64,000 nucleotides of DNA from Eledone cirrhosa (Eukaryota): the NCBI GenBank assembly GCA_964016885.1, contig OZ024741.1:262508001-262572000 (forward strand), in the 5' to 3' direction. The notes beneath the pieces were generated by a model. It was not told the DNA's origin, did no database searches, and saw only the letters and a program-made list of their open reading frames with translations. The translations under genes were made by a program, and so were the position numbers. Within the stretch, counting starts at the first letter, position 1; each line of letters starts with the position of its first letter. This document shows, piece by piece, positions 52,580 to 64,000 of this stretch.

Positions 52580-55500
52580 TTACGAATGTTTCGACTTACG
52601 AGTGTTTCGACTTACGAGTGTTTCGGCTTACGAGTGTTTTGACTTACGAGATTTTTTACTTACGGGTGTTTCGACTTACGCGTGTTTCGGCTTACGAATG
52701 TTTTGACTTACGAGTGTTTTGACTTACGGGTGTTTTGACATACGAGTGTTTCGATACGAGTGTTTCGACTTACGAGTGTTTCGGCTTACGAGTGTTTCGG
52801 CTCACGAGTGTTTCGACTTACGTGTGCTTTTGCCATACGGGTGTTTCGGTTTACGAGTGTTTCGACTTACGAGTGTTCTGACTTACGAGTGTTCCGACTT
52901 ACGAGTGTTTCGACTTACGAGTGTTTGCACTTACGAGTGCTTTTGCCATACGGGTGTTTCGGTTTACGAGTGTTTCGACTTACGAGTGTTCCGACTTACG
53001 AGTGTTTTGGTTTACGTGTGTTTCGACTTACGAATGTTTCGGCTTACGAGTGTTTCGACTTACGAGTGTTCCGACCTACGAGTGTTTCGGCTACGGATGT
53101 TCCGACTTACGAGTATTTTCGGCTTACGAGTGTTTCGACTTACGAGTGTTTTGACTTACGGGTGTTTCGACTTACGAGTGTTTTGGTTTACGTGTGTTTC
53201 GACTTACGAATGTTTCGGCTTACGAGTGTTTCGACTTACGAGTGTTTCGACTTACGGTTGTTCTGACTTACGGGTATTCCGACTTACGAGTGATTTGGCA
53301 TACGAGTGTTTCGACTTACGAGTGTTTTCGGCTAACGAGTGTTTCGACTTACGAGTGTTTTGACTTACGATTGTTTCGGCTTACGAGTGTTTCGACTTAC
53401 GAGTGTTTCGGCTTACGAGTGTTTCGTCTTATGAGTGTTTTGACTTAAGGGTGTTTCGACGAGTGTTTCGATACGAGTGTTTCGACTTACGGGTGTTCTG
53501 ACTTACGAGTGTTCTGATTTACGGATGTTTCGAATTATGAGTGTTTCGACTACGAGTGTTTCGACTTACGAGTGTTTCGACTACGAGTGTTTCGACTTAC
53601 GAGTGTTCTGACTTACGAGTGTTCTGACTTACGGGTGTTCTGACTTACGAGTGTTCCGACTTACGAGTGTTTCGGCTTACGAGCGTTTCGACTACGAGTG
53701 TTTCGACTTACGAATGTTTTTGCTTACGAGTGTTTCGGCTTACGAGTGTTTCGACTTACAAGTGTTTCGACTTACGAGTGTTTTGACTTACGGTGTTTCG
53801 GCTTACGAGTGTTTCGACATACGAGTGTTTCGACATACCGGTGTTTCGACTTACGGGTGTTTCGACTTACGAGAGTTTCGACTTACGAGTGTTCTGACTT
53901 ACGAGTGTTCTGACTTACGAGTGTTCCGACTTGCGAGTGTTTCGGCTTACGAGTGTTTCGACATGCGAGTTTTTTGACTTACGGATGTTTCGACTTACGG
54001 GTGTTTCGACTCACGAGTGTTTCTACTTACGAGTGTTTCGACTTACGAGTGTTCCGACTTACGAGTGTTTTTTGACTTACGAGTGTTCCGACTTACGAGT
54101 GTTTCGGCTTACGAGTGTTTCGGCTCACGAGTGTTTCGACTTACGAGTGTTCCGACTTACGAGTGTTTCGGCTACGGATGTTCCGACTTACGAGTATTTT
54201 CGGCTTACGAGTGTTTTGACTTACGATTGTTTTGACTTACGGGTATTTCGGCTTACGAGTGTTTCGACTTACGGTTGTTCTGACTTACGGGTATTCCGAC
54301 TTACGATTGATTTGGCATACGAGTGTTTCGACTTACGAGTGTTTTCGGCTTACGAGTGTTTCGACTTACGAGTGTTTTGACTTACGATTGTTTCGGCTTG
54401 CGAGTGTTTCGACTTACGAGTGTTTCGGCTTACGAGTGTTTCGTCTTATGAGTGTTTTGACTTAAGGGTGTTTCGACGAGTGTTTCGATACGAGTGTTTC
54501 GACTTACGGGTGTTCTGACTTACGAGTGTTCTGATTTACGGATGTTTCGAATTATGAGTGTTTCGACTACGAGTGTTTCGACTTACGAGTGTTTCGACTA
54601 CGAGTGTTTCGACTTACGAGTGTTCTGACTTACGAGTGTTCTGACTTACGGGTGTTCTGACTTACGAGTGTTTCGACTTACGAGTGTTTCGGCTTATGAG
54701 TGTTTCGGCTTACGAGCGTTTCGACTACGAGTGTTTCGACTTACGAATGTTTTTGCTAACGAGTGTTTCGACTTACGAATGTTTTTGCTTAGGAGTGTTT
54801 CGGCTTACGAGTGTTTCGACTTACAAGTGTTTCGACTTACGAGTGTTTTGACTTACGGTGTTTCGGCTTACGAGTGTTTCGACATACGAGTGTTTTGACT
54901 TACCGGTGTTTCGACTTACGGGTGTTTCGACTTACGAGAGTTTCGACTTACGAGTGTTCTGACTTACGAGTGTTCTGACTTACGAGTGTTCCGACTTGCG
55001 AGTGTTTCGGCTTACGAGTGTTTCGACATGCGAGTTTTTTTACTTACGGATGTTTCGACTTACGGGTGTTTCGACTCACGAGTGTTTCTACTTACGAGTG
55101 TTTCGACTTACGAGTGTTCCGACTTACGAGTGTTTTGACTTACGAGTGTTCCGACTTACGAGTGTTTCGGCTTACGAGTGTTTCGGCTCACGAGTGTTTC
55201 GACTTACGAGTGTTTTGAATTACGAATGTTTTGCCTTACGGGTGTTTCGGTTTACGAGTGTTTTGACTTACGAGTGTTCTGACTTACGAGTGTTCCGGCT
55301 TACGAGTGTTTCGGCTTACGAGTGTTTCGACTTACGAGTGTTCCGACCTACGAGTGTTTCGGCTACGGATGTTCCGACTTCCGAGTATTTTCGGCTTACG
55401 AGTGTTTTGACTTACGATTGTTTTGACTTACGGGTGTTTCGGCTTACGAGTGTTTCGACTTACGAGTGTTTCGACTTACGAGTGTTTTGACTTACGGGTG

Positions 55501-58493
55501 TTTTGACATGCGAGTGTTTCGATACGAGTGTTTCGACTTACGAGTGTTCTGACTTACGAATGTTTCGACTAACGAGTGTTTCGACTTACGAGTGTTTCGG
55601 CTTACGAGTGTTTCGGCTCAGGAGTGTTTCGACTTAAGAGTGTTTCGACTTACGAGTGTTTCGACTTACGAGTGTTTCGACTTACGAGTGTTTCGACATA
55701 CGAGTGCTTTTGCCATACGGGTGTTTCGGTTTACGAGTGTTTCGACTTACGAGTGTTCTGACTTACGAGTGTTCCGACTTACGAGTGTTTCGACTTACGA
55801 GTGTTTCGGCTTAAGAGTGTTTCGACATGCGAGTTTTTTGACTTACGGATGTTTCGACTTACGGGTGTTTCGACTCACGAGTGTTTCTACTTACGAGTGT
55901 TTCGACTTACGAGTGTTCCGACTTACGAGTGTTTTGACTTACGAGTGTTCCGACTTACGAGTGTTTCGGCTTACGAGTGTTTCGGCTCTCGAGTTTTTCG
56001 ACTTAAGAGTGTTTTGAATTACGAATGTTTTGCCTTACGGGTGTTTCGGTTTACGAGTGTTTTGACTTACGAGTATTCTGACTTACGAGTGTTCCGACTT
56101 ACGGGTGTTTCGACTTACGAGTGTTTCGACATACGAGTGTTCCGACCTACGAGGGTTTCGGCTTACGAGTGTTTCGGCTTATGAGTGTTTCGGCTTACGA
56201 GCGTTTCGACTACGAGTGTTTCGACTTACGAATGTTTTTGCTTACGAGTGTTTCGACTTACGAATGTTTTTGCTTACGAATGTTTTTACTTACGAGTGTT
56301 CTTACTTACGAGTGTTTTGACTTACGAGTGTTCCGACTTACGACTGTTTTGGTTTACGTGTGTTTCGACTTACGAATGTGTCGGCTTACGAGTGTTTCGA
56401 CTTACGAGTGTTCCGACCTACGAGTGTTTCGGCTACGGATGTTCCGACTTACGAGTCTTTTCGGCTTACGAGTGTTTCGAATTACGATTGTTTTGACTTA
56501 CGAGTGTTTTGACTTAAGAATATTTTGACTTACGGGTGTTTCGGCTTACGAGTGTTTCGACTTACGAGTGTTTTGGTTTACGGGTATTCCGACTTACGAG
56601 TGATTTGGCATACGAGTGTTTCGACTTACGAGTGTTTTCGGCTTACGAGTGTTTCGACTTACGAGTGTTTTGACTTACGATTGTTTCGGCTTACGAGTGT
56701 TTCGACTTACGAGTGTTTAGGCTTACGAGTGTTTCGGCTTATGAGTGTTTTGACTTAAGGGTGTTTCGACGAGTGTTTCGATACTAGTGTTTCGACTTAC
56801 GGGTGTTCTGACTTACGAGTGTTCTGATTTACGGATGTTTCGTATTATGAGTGTTTCGACTACGAGTGTTTCGACTACGGATGTTCCGACTTACGAGTGT
56901 TTCGACTTACGAGTGTTTTGACTTACGGGTGTTTCGACTTACGAGATTTTTTACTTACGGGTGTTTCGACTTACGCGTGTTTCGGCTTACGAATGTTTTG
57001 ACTTACGAGTGTTTTGACTTACGGGTGTTTTGACATGCGAGTGTTTCGATACGAGTGTTTCGACTTACGATTGTTCTGACTTACGAGTGTTTCGACTTAC
57101 GAGTGTTTCGACTTACGAGTGTTTCGACTTACGAGTGTTTGCACTTACGAGTGCTTTTGCCATACGGGTGTTTCGGTTTACGAGTGTTTCGACTTACGAG
57201 TGTTCTGACTTACGAGTGTTCCGACTTACGAGTGTTTCGACTTACGAGTGTTTCGGCTTAAGAGTGTTTCGACATGCGAGTGTTTAGAATTACGGATGTT
57301 TCGACTTACTGGTGTTTCGACTCACGAGTGTTTCTACTTACGAGTGTTTCGACTTACGAGTGTTCCGACTTACGAGTGTTTTGACTTACGAGTGTTCCGA
57401 CTTACGAGTGTTTCGGCTTACGAGTGTTTCGGCTCACGAGTTTTTCGACTTAAGAGTGTTTTGAATTACGAATGTTTTGCCTTACGGGTGTTTCGGTTTA
57501 CGAGTGTTTTGACTTACGAGTATTCTGACTTACGAGTGTTCCGACTTACGGGTGTTTCGACTTACGAGTGTTTCGACATACGAGTGTTCCGACCTACGAG
57601 GGTTTCGACTTACGGGTGTTCCGACTTACGAGTATTTTCGACTTACGAGTGTTTCGACTTACGAGTGTTTTGGCTTACGGGTGTTTTGACATACTAGTGT
57701 TTCGATACGAGTGTTCTGACTTACGAGTGTTCCGACTTACGAGTGTTTCGGCTTATGAGTGTTTCGGCTTACGAGCGTTTCGACTACGAGTGTTTCGACT
57801 TACGAATGTTTTTGCTTACGAGTGTTTCGACTTACGAATGTTTTTGCTTACGAATGTTTTTGCTTACGAGTGTTCTGACTTACGAGTGTTTTGACTTACG
57901 AGTGTTCCGACTTACGAGTGTTTTGGTTTACGTGTGTTTCGACTTACGAATGTTTCGGCTTACGAGTGTTTCGACTTACGAGTGTTCCGACCTACGAGTG
58001 TTTCGGCTACGGATGTTCCGACTTACGAGTGTTCTGACTTACGAGTGTTCCGACTTGCGAGTGTTTCGGCTTACGAGTGTTTCGACATGCGAGTGTTTTG
58101 ACTTACGGATGTTTTGACTTACGGGTGTTTCGACTCACGAGTGTTTCTGCTTACGAGTGTTTCGACTTACGAGTGTTCCGACTTACGAGTGTTTTGACTT
58201 ACGAGTGTTCCGACTTACGAGTGTTTCGGCTTACGAGTGTTTCGGCTCACGAGTGTTTCGACTTACGAGTGTTTCGACTTACGAGTGTTTCGACTTACGA
58301 GTGCATTTGCCATACGGGTGTTTCGGTTTACGAGTGTTTCGGCTTACGAGTGTTTCGGCTCACGAGTGTTCTTACTTACGAGTGTTCTGACTTACGAGTG
58401 TTCTGACTTACGAGTGTTCTGACTTACGAGTGTTCCGACTTACGAGTGTTTCGGCTCACGAGTGTTTCGGCTTACGAGTGTTTCGACTTACGA

Positions 58494-58570
58494 AAATAAC
58501 AAATAGACGCGGTTTCAAATCTCTATGCTTTTCAAATTCATTACATTAATCTTTATTTATACGTTTCGCT
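58494..58570 (+). repeat. AT-rich interspersed element, copy 16
   Basis: Same element; ATG at 58525; 5991 bp from copy 15. Confidence 0.95.
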
Positions 58571-59593
58571 TTACGAATGTTTCGACTTACGAGTGTTTCG
58601 ACTTACGAGTGTTTCGGCTTACGAGTGTTTTGACTTACGAGATTTTTTACTTACGGGTGTTTCGACTTACGCGTGTTTCGGCTTACGAATGTTTTGACTT
58701 ACGAGTGTTTTGACTTACGGGTGTTTTGACATACGAGTGTTTCGATACGAGTGTTTCGACTTACGAGTGTTTCGGCTTACGAGTGTTTCGGCTCACGAGT
58801 GTTTCGACTTACGTGTGCTTTTGCCATACGGGTGTTTCGGTTTACGAGTGTTTCGACTTACGAGTGTTCTGACTTACGAGTGTTCCGACTTACGAGTGTT
58901 TCGACTTACGAGTGTTTGCACTTACGAGTGCTTTTGCCATACGGGTGTTTCGGTTTACGAGTGTTTCGACTTACGAGTGTTCTGACTTACGAGTGTTCCG
59001 ACTTACGAGTGTTTCGACTTACGAGTGTTTCGGCTTAAGAGTGTTTCGACATGCGAGTGTTTTGAATTACGGATGTTTCGACTTACTGGTGTTTCGACTC
59101 ACGAGTGTTTCTACTTACGAGTGTTTCGACTTACGAGTGTTCCGACTTACGAGTGTTTTGACTTACGAGTGTTCCGACTTACGAGTGTTTCGGCTTACGA
59201 GTGTTTCGGCTCACGAGTTTTTCGACTTAAGAGTGTTTTGAATTACGAATGTTTTGCCTTACGGGTGTTTCGGTTTACGAGTGTTTTGACTTACGAGTAT
59301 TCTGACTTACGAGTGTTCCGACTTACGGGTGTTTCGACTTACGAGTGTTTCGACATACGAGTGTTCCGACCTACGAGGGTTTCGACTTACGGGTGTTCCG
59401 ACTTACGAGTATTTTCGACTTACGAGTGTTTCGACTTACGAGTATTTTGACTTACGATTGTTTCGGCTTACGAGTGTTTCGACTTACGAGTGTTTTGGCT
59501 TACGGGTGTTTTGACATACTAGTGTTTCGATACGAGTGTTCTGACTTACGAGTGTTCCGACTTACGAGTGTTTCGGCTTATGAGTGTTTCGGC

Positions 59594-62500
59594 TTACGAG
59601 TGTTTCGGCTTATGAGTGTTTCCACTTACGAGTGCTTTTGCCATACGGGTGTTTCGGTTTACGAGTGTTTCGACTTACGAGTGTTCTGACTTACGAGTGT
59701 TCCGACTTACGAGTGTTTCGACTTACGAGTGTTTCGGCTTAAGAGTGTTTCGACATGCGAGTGTTTTGAATTACGGATGTTTCGACTTACTGGTGTTTCG
59801 ACTCACGAGTGTTTCTACTTACGAGTGTTTCGACTTACGAGTGTTCCGACTTACGAGTGTTTTGACTTACGAGTGTTCCGACTTACGAGTGTTTCGGCTT
59901 ACGAGTGTTTCGGCTCACGAGTTTTTCGACTTAAGAGTGTTTTGAATTACGAATGTTTTGCCTTACGGGTGTTTCGGTTTACGAGTGTTTTGACTTACGA
60001 GTATTCTGACTTACGAGTGTTCCGACTTACGGGTGTTTCGACTTACGAGTGTTTCGACATACGAGTGTTCCGACCTACGAGGGTTTCGGCTTACGGGTTT
60101 TCCGACTTACGAGTATTTTCGATTTACGAGTGTTTCGACTTACGAGTGTTTTGGCTTACGGGTGTTTTGACATACTAGTGTTTCGATACGAGTGTTCTGA
60201 CTTACGAGTGTTCCGACTTACGAGTGTTTCGGCTTATGAGTGTTTCGGCTTACGAGCGTTTCGACTACGAGTGTTTCGACTTACGAATGTTTTTGCTTAC
60301 GAGTGTTTCGACTTACGAATGTTTTTGCTTACGAATGTTTTTGCTTACGAGTGTTCTGACTTACGAGTGTTTTGACTTACGAGTGTTCCGACTTACGAGT
60401 GTTTTGGTTTACGTGTGTTTCGAATTACGAATGTTTCGGCTTACGAGTGTTTCGACTTACGAGTGTTCCGACCTACGAGTGTTTCGGCTACGGATGTTCC
60501 GACTTACGAGTGTTCTGACTTACGAGTGTTCCGACTTGCGAGTGTTTCGGCTTACGAGTGTTTCGACATGCGAGTGTTTTGACTTACGGATGTTTCGACT
60601 TACGAGTGTTTCGACTTACGAGTGCATTTGCCATACGGGTGTTTCGGTTTACGAGTGTTTCGGCTTACGAGTGTTTCGGCTCACGAGTGTTCTTACTTAC
60701 GAGTGTTCTGACTTACGAGTGTTCTGACTTACGAGTGTTCTGACTTACGAGTGTTCCGACTTACGAGTGTTTCGGCTCACGAGTGTTTCGGCTTACGAGT
60801 GTTTCGACTTACGAAAATAACAAATAGACGCGGTTTCAAATCTCTATGCTTTTCAAATTCATTACATTAATCTTTATTTATACGTTTCGCTTTACGAATG
60901 TTTCGACTTACGAGTGTTTCGACTTACGAGTGTTTCGGCTTACGAGTGTTTTGACTTACGAGATTTTTTACTTACGGGTGTTTCGACTTACGCGTGTTTC
61001 GGCTTACGAATGTTTCGGCTTACGAGTGTTTTGACTTACGGGTGTTTTGACATACGAGTGTTTCGATACGAGTGTTTCGACTTACGAGTGTTTCGGCTTA
61101 CGAGTGTTTCGGCTCACGAGTGTTTCGACTTAAGAGTGTTTCGACTTACGAGTGTTTCGACTTACGAGTGTTTCGACTTACGTGTGCTTTTGCCATACGG
61201 GTGTTTCGGTTTACGAGTGTTTCGACTTACGAGTGTTCTGACTTACGAGTGTTCCGACTTACGAGTGTTTCGACTTACGAGTGTTTCGACTTACGAGTGT
61301 TCCGACCTATGAGTGTTTCGGCTTACGGGTGTTCCGACCTACGAGTGTTTCGACTGACGAGTGTTTTGACTTACGATTGTTTCGGCTTACGAGTGTTTCG
61401 ACTTACGAGTGTTTCGACTTACGAGTGTTCTGACTTACGAGTGTTCTGACTTACGAGTGTTCCGACTTACGAGTGTTTCGGCTTACGAGTGTTTCGACAT
61501 GCGAGTGTTTTGACTTACGGATGTTTCGACTTACGGGTGTTTCAACTCACGAGTGTTTCTACTTGCGAGTGTTTCGACTTACGAGTGTTCCGACTTACGA
61601 GTGTTTTGACTTACGAGTGTTCCGACTTACGAGTGTTTCGGCTTACGAGTGTTTCGGCTCACGAGTTTTTCGACTTACGAGTGTTTTGAATTACGAATGT
61701 TTTGCCTTACGGGTGTTTCGGTTTACGAGTGTTTTGACTTACGAGTATTCTGACTTACGAGTGTTCCGACTTACGGGTGTTTCGACTTACGAGTGTTTCG
61801 ACTTACGAGTGTTCCGACCTACGAGGGTTTCGGCTTACGGGTGTTCCGACTTACGAGTATTTTCGGCTTACGAGTGTTTCGACTTACGAGTGTTTTGTCT
61901 TACGATTGTTTCGGCTTACGAGTGTTTCGACTTACGAGTGTTTTGACTTACGGTGTTTCGGTTTACGCGTGTTTCGACTTACGAGTGTTTTGACTTACGG
62001 GTGTTTTGACATACGAGTGTTTCGATACGAGTGTTCTGACTTACGAGTGTTCTGACTTACGAGTGTTCTGACTTACGAGTGTTCTGACTTACGGGTGTTC
62101 TGACTTACGAGTGTTCCGACTTACGAGTGTTTCGGCTTATGAGTGTTTCGGCTTACGTGCGTTTCGACTACGAGTGTTTCGACTTACGAATGTTTTTGCT
62201 TACGAGTGTTTCGACTTACGAATGTTTTTGCTTACGAGTGTTCTGACTTACGAGTGTTTTGACTTACGAGTGTTCCGACTTACGAGTGTTTTGGTTTACG
62301 TGTGTTTCGACTTACGAATGTTTCGGCTTACGAGTGTTTCGACTTACGAGTGTTCCGACCTACGAGTGTTTCGGCTACGGATGTTCCGACTTACGAGTAT
62401 TTTCGGCTTACGAGTGTTTTGACTTACGATTGTTTTGACTTACGATTGTTTCGGCTTACGAGTGTTTCGACTTACGTGTGTTTCGATTTACGAGTGTTTT

Positions 62501-64000
62501 GACTTAAGAATATTTTGACTTACGGGTGTTTCGGCTTACGAGTGTTTCGACTTACGAGTGTTTCGGCTTACGAGTGTTACGGCTTATGAGTGTTTTGACT
62601 TAAGGGTGTTTCGACGAGTGTTTCGATACGAGTGTTTCGACTTACGGGTGTTCTGACTTACGAGTGTTCTGATTTACGGATGTTTCGAATTATGAGTGTT
62701 TCGATACGAGTGTTTCGACTTACGAGTGTTTCGACTACGAGTGTTTTGACTTACGAGTGTTCTGACTTACGAGTGTTCTGACTTACGGGTGTTCTGACTT
62801 ACGAGTGTTCCGACTTACGCGTGTTTCGGCTTATGAGTGTTTCGGCTTACGAGCGTTTCGACTAGGAGTGTTTCGACTTACGAATGTTTTTGCTAACGAG
62901 TGTTTCGACTTACGAGTGTTTCGACTTACAAGTGTTTCGACTTACGAGTGTTTTGACTTACGGTGTTTCGGCTAACGAGTGTTTCAACATACGAGTGTTT
63001 TGACTTACCGGTGTTACGACTTACGGGTGTTTCGACTTACGAGAGTTTCAACTTACGAGTGTTCTGACTTACGAGTGTTCTGACTTACGAGTGTTCCGAC
63101 TTGCGAGTGTTTCGGCCTACGAGTGTTTCGGCATGCGAGTTTTTTGACTTACGGATGTTTCGACTTACGGGTGTTTCGACTCACGAGTGTTTCTACTTAC
63201 GAGTGTTTCGACTTACGAGTGTTCCGACTTACGAGTGTTTTGACTTACGAGTGTTCCGACTTACGAGTGTTTCGGCTTACGAGTGTTTCGGCTCACGAGT
63301 GTTCCGACTTACGAGTGTTCCGACTTACGAGTGTTTCGGCTACGGATGTTCCGACTTACGAGTATTTTCGGCTTACGAGTGTTTTGACTTACGATTGTTT
63401 TGACTTACGGGTATTTCGGCTTACGAGTGTTTCGACTTACGAGTGTTTCGACTTACGAATGTTTCGGCTTACGAGTGTTTCGACTTACGAGTGTTTTGAC
63501 TTACGGGTGTTTCGACTTACGAGTGTTTTGGTTTACGTGTGTTTCGACTTACGAATGTTTCGGCTTACGAGTGTTTCGACTTACGAGTGTTTAAACTTAC
63601 GAGTGTTTTGACTTACGGGTGTTTCGACTTACGAGTGTTTTGGTTTACGTGTGTTTCGACTTACGAATGTTTCGACTTACGAGTGTTTTGACTTACGATT
63701 GTTTCGGCTTACGAGTGTTTCGACTTACGAGTGTTTCGGCTTACGAGTGTTTCGGCTTACGAGTGTTTTGACTTAAGGGTGTTTCGACGAGTGTTTCGAT
63801 ACGAGTGTTTCGACTTACGGGTGTTCTGACTTACGAGTGTTCTGATTTACGGATGTTTCGACTTATGAGTGTTTCGACTACGAGTGTTTCGACTACGAGT
63901 GTTTCGACTTACGAGTGTTCTGACTTACGAGTGTTCTGACTTGCGGGTGTTCTGACTTACGAGTGTTCCGACTTACGAGTGTTTCGGCTTATGAGTGTTT
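59594..64000 (+). repeat. Long-range copy of ~38805-43211, offset 20789 bp
   Basis: ORF pairs 38827/59616, 39435/60224, 40057/60846, 40684/61473, 41322/62111, 42611/63400. Confidence 0.92.
60815..60891 (+). repeat. AT-rich interspersed element, copy 17
   Basis: Same element; ATG at 60846; 20789 bp from copy 13. Confidence 0.95.

Larger units (their letters stand above)
46986..58982 (+). repeat. Tandem higher-order duplication, unit 5991 bp (two copies)
   Basis: ORF pairs 47203/53194, 47940/53931, 49005/54996, 50534/56525, 51752/57743, 52534/58525, 52921/58912 are all offset by 5991. Confidence 0.93.
1..64000 (+). repeat. Tandem satellite array, 16-bp monomer TTACGAGTGTTTCGAC (~3,900 copies, single orientation, runs off both window ends)
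   Basis: The monomer reads continuously from base 1 to 64000. Common variants are TTTCGGC, TTTTGAC, TTCTGAC, TTCCGAC, ACGGGT and ACGAAT, with occasional 12/14/15/17-bp indel units. The ORF track shows the expected 16-aa periodic translation LRVFRLTSVSTYECFD in all three + frames. Copy number is estimated as length/16. Confidence 0.99.

Noticed and set aside
4-63611. Hundreds of + strand ORFs (60-341 aa) as protein-coding genes
   Set aside because: They are translations of the 16-bp repeat. They overlap in all three frames with the same peptide, mostly start at GTG/TTG, and are broken by frame-disrupting 14/15/17-bp units, which shows no selection on frame.
1-64000. CRISPR array
   Set aside because: Repeats are directly adjacent with no unique spacers, the only interspersed sequence is constant, and there are no cas genes or leader.
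1-64000. Telomerase-synthesised telomeric repeat (G/T-rich strand; ACGGATGT variant recalls some yeast telomere units)
   Set aside because: Variants are inherited in multi-kb duplicated blocks with internal spacers over at least 64 kb, which indicates recombinational amplification and not templated addition. The consensus has no G-run. A recombination-maintained terminal or subtelomeric location cannot be excluded.
1-64000. Pure sequencing or assembly artefact, or synthetic data-storage DNA
   Set aside because: Nested duplications of differing divergence, CpG-type transitions and spacer haplotypes look like natural satellite evolution. Individual near-identical duplications still need read support.
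1-64000. Inversions or strand switches in the array
   Set aside because: I saw no reverse-complement monomer (GTCGAAACACTCGTAA), and the ORF track has no - strand entries, consistent with a single orientation.

Overview
The whole 64 kb window is one non-coding tandem satellite array, most likely eukaryotic heterochromatin. It holds roughly 3,900 head-to-tail copies of a 16-bp monomer (consensus TTACGAGTGTTTCGAC), all in one orientation. The only non-monomer sequence I found is a conserved ~69-77 bp AT-rich element (AAATAACAAATAGACGCGGTTTCAAATCTCTATGCTTTTCAAATTCATTACATTAATCTTTATTTATAC-GTTTCGCT). It occurs 17 times, always in the same orientation and at the same monomer phase, 1.45-9.55 kb apart. 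Monomer variants are ordered into recurring blocks and nested higher-order duplications with offsets of 112 bp, ~1 kb, 2572, 2710, 2893, 4766, 5991, ~7.6-7.7 kb, 20789 and 42801 bp. All listed ORFs are artefacts: the 16-mer has no stop codon on the + strand and has TAA on the - strand. I can support no genes, RNA genes or CRISPR arrays. The most interesting hypothesis is an inference: the monomer core TCGACTTACGA resembles pogo/Tigger transposon end motifs and, loosely, the CENP-B box. The array may therefore be an amplified protein-binding site, punctuated by a constant AT-rich spacer.
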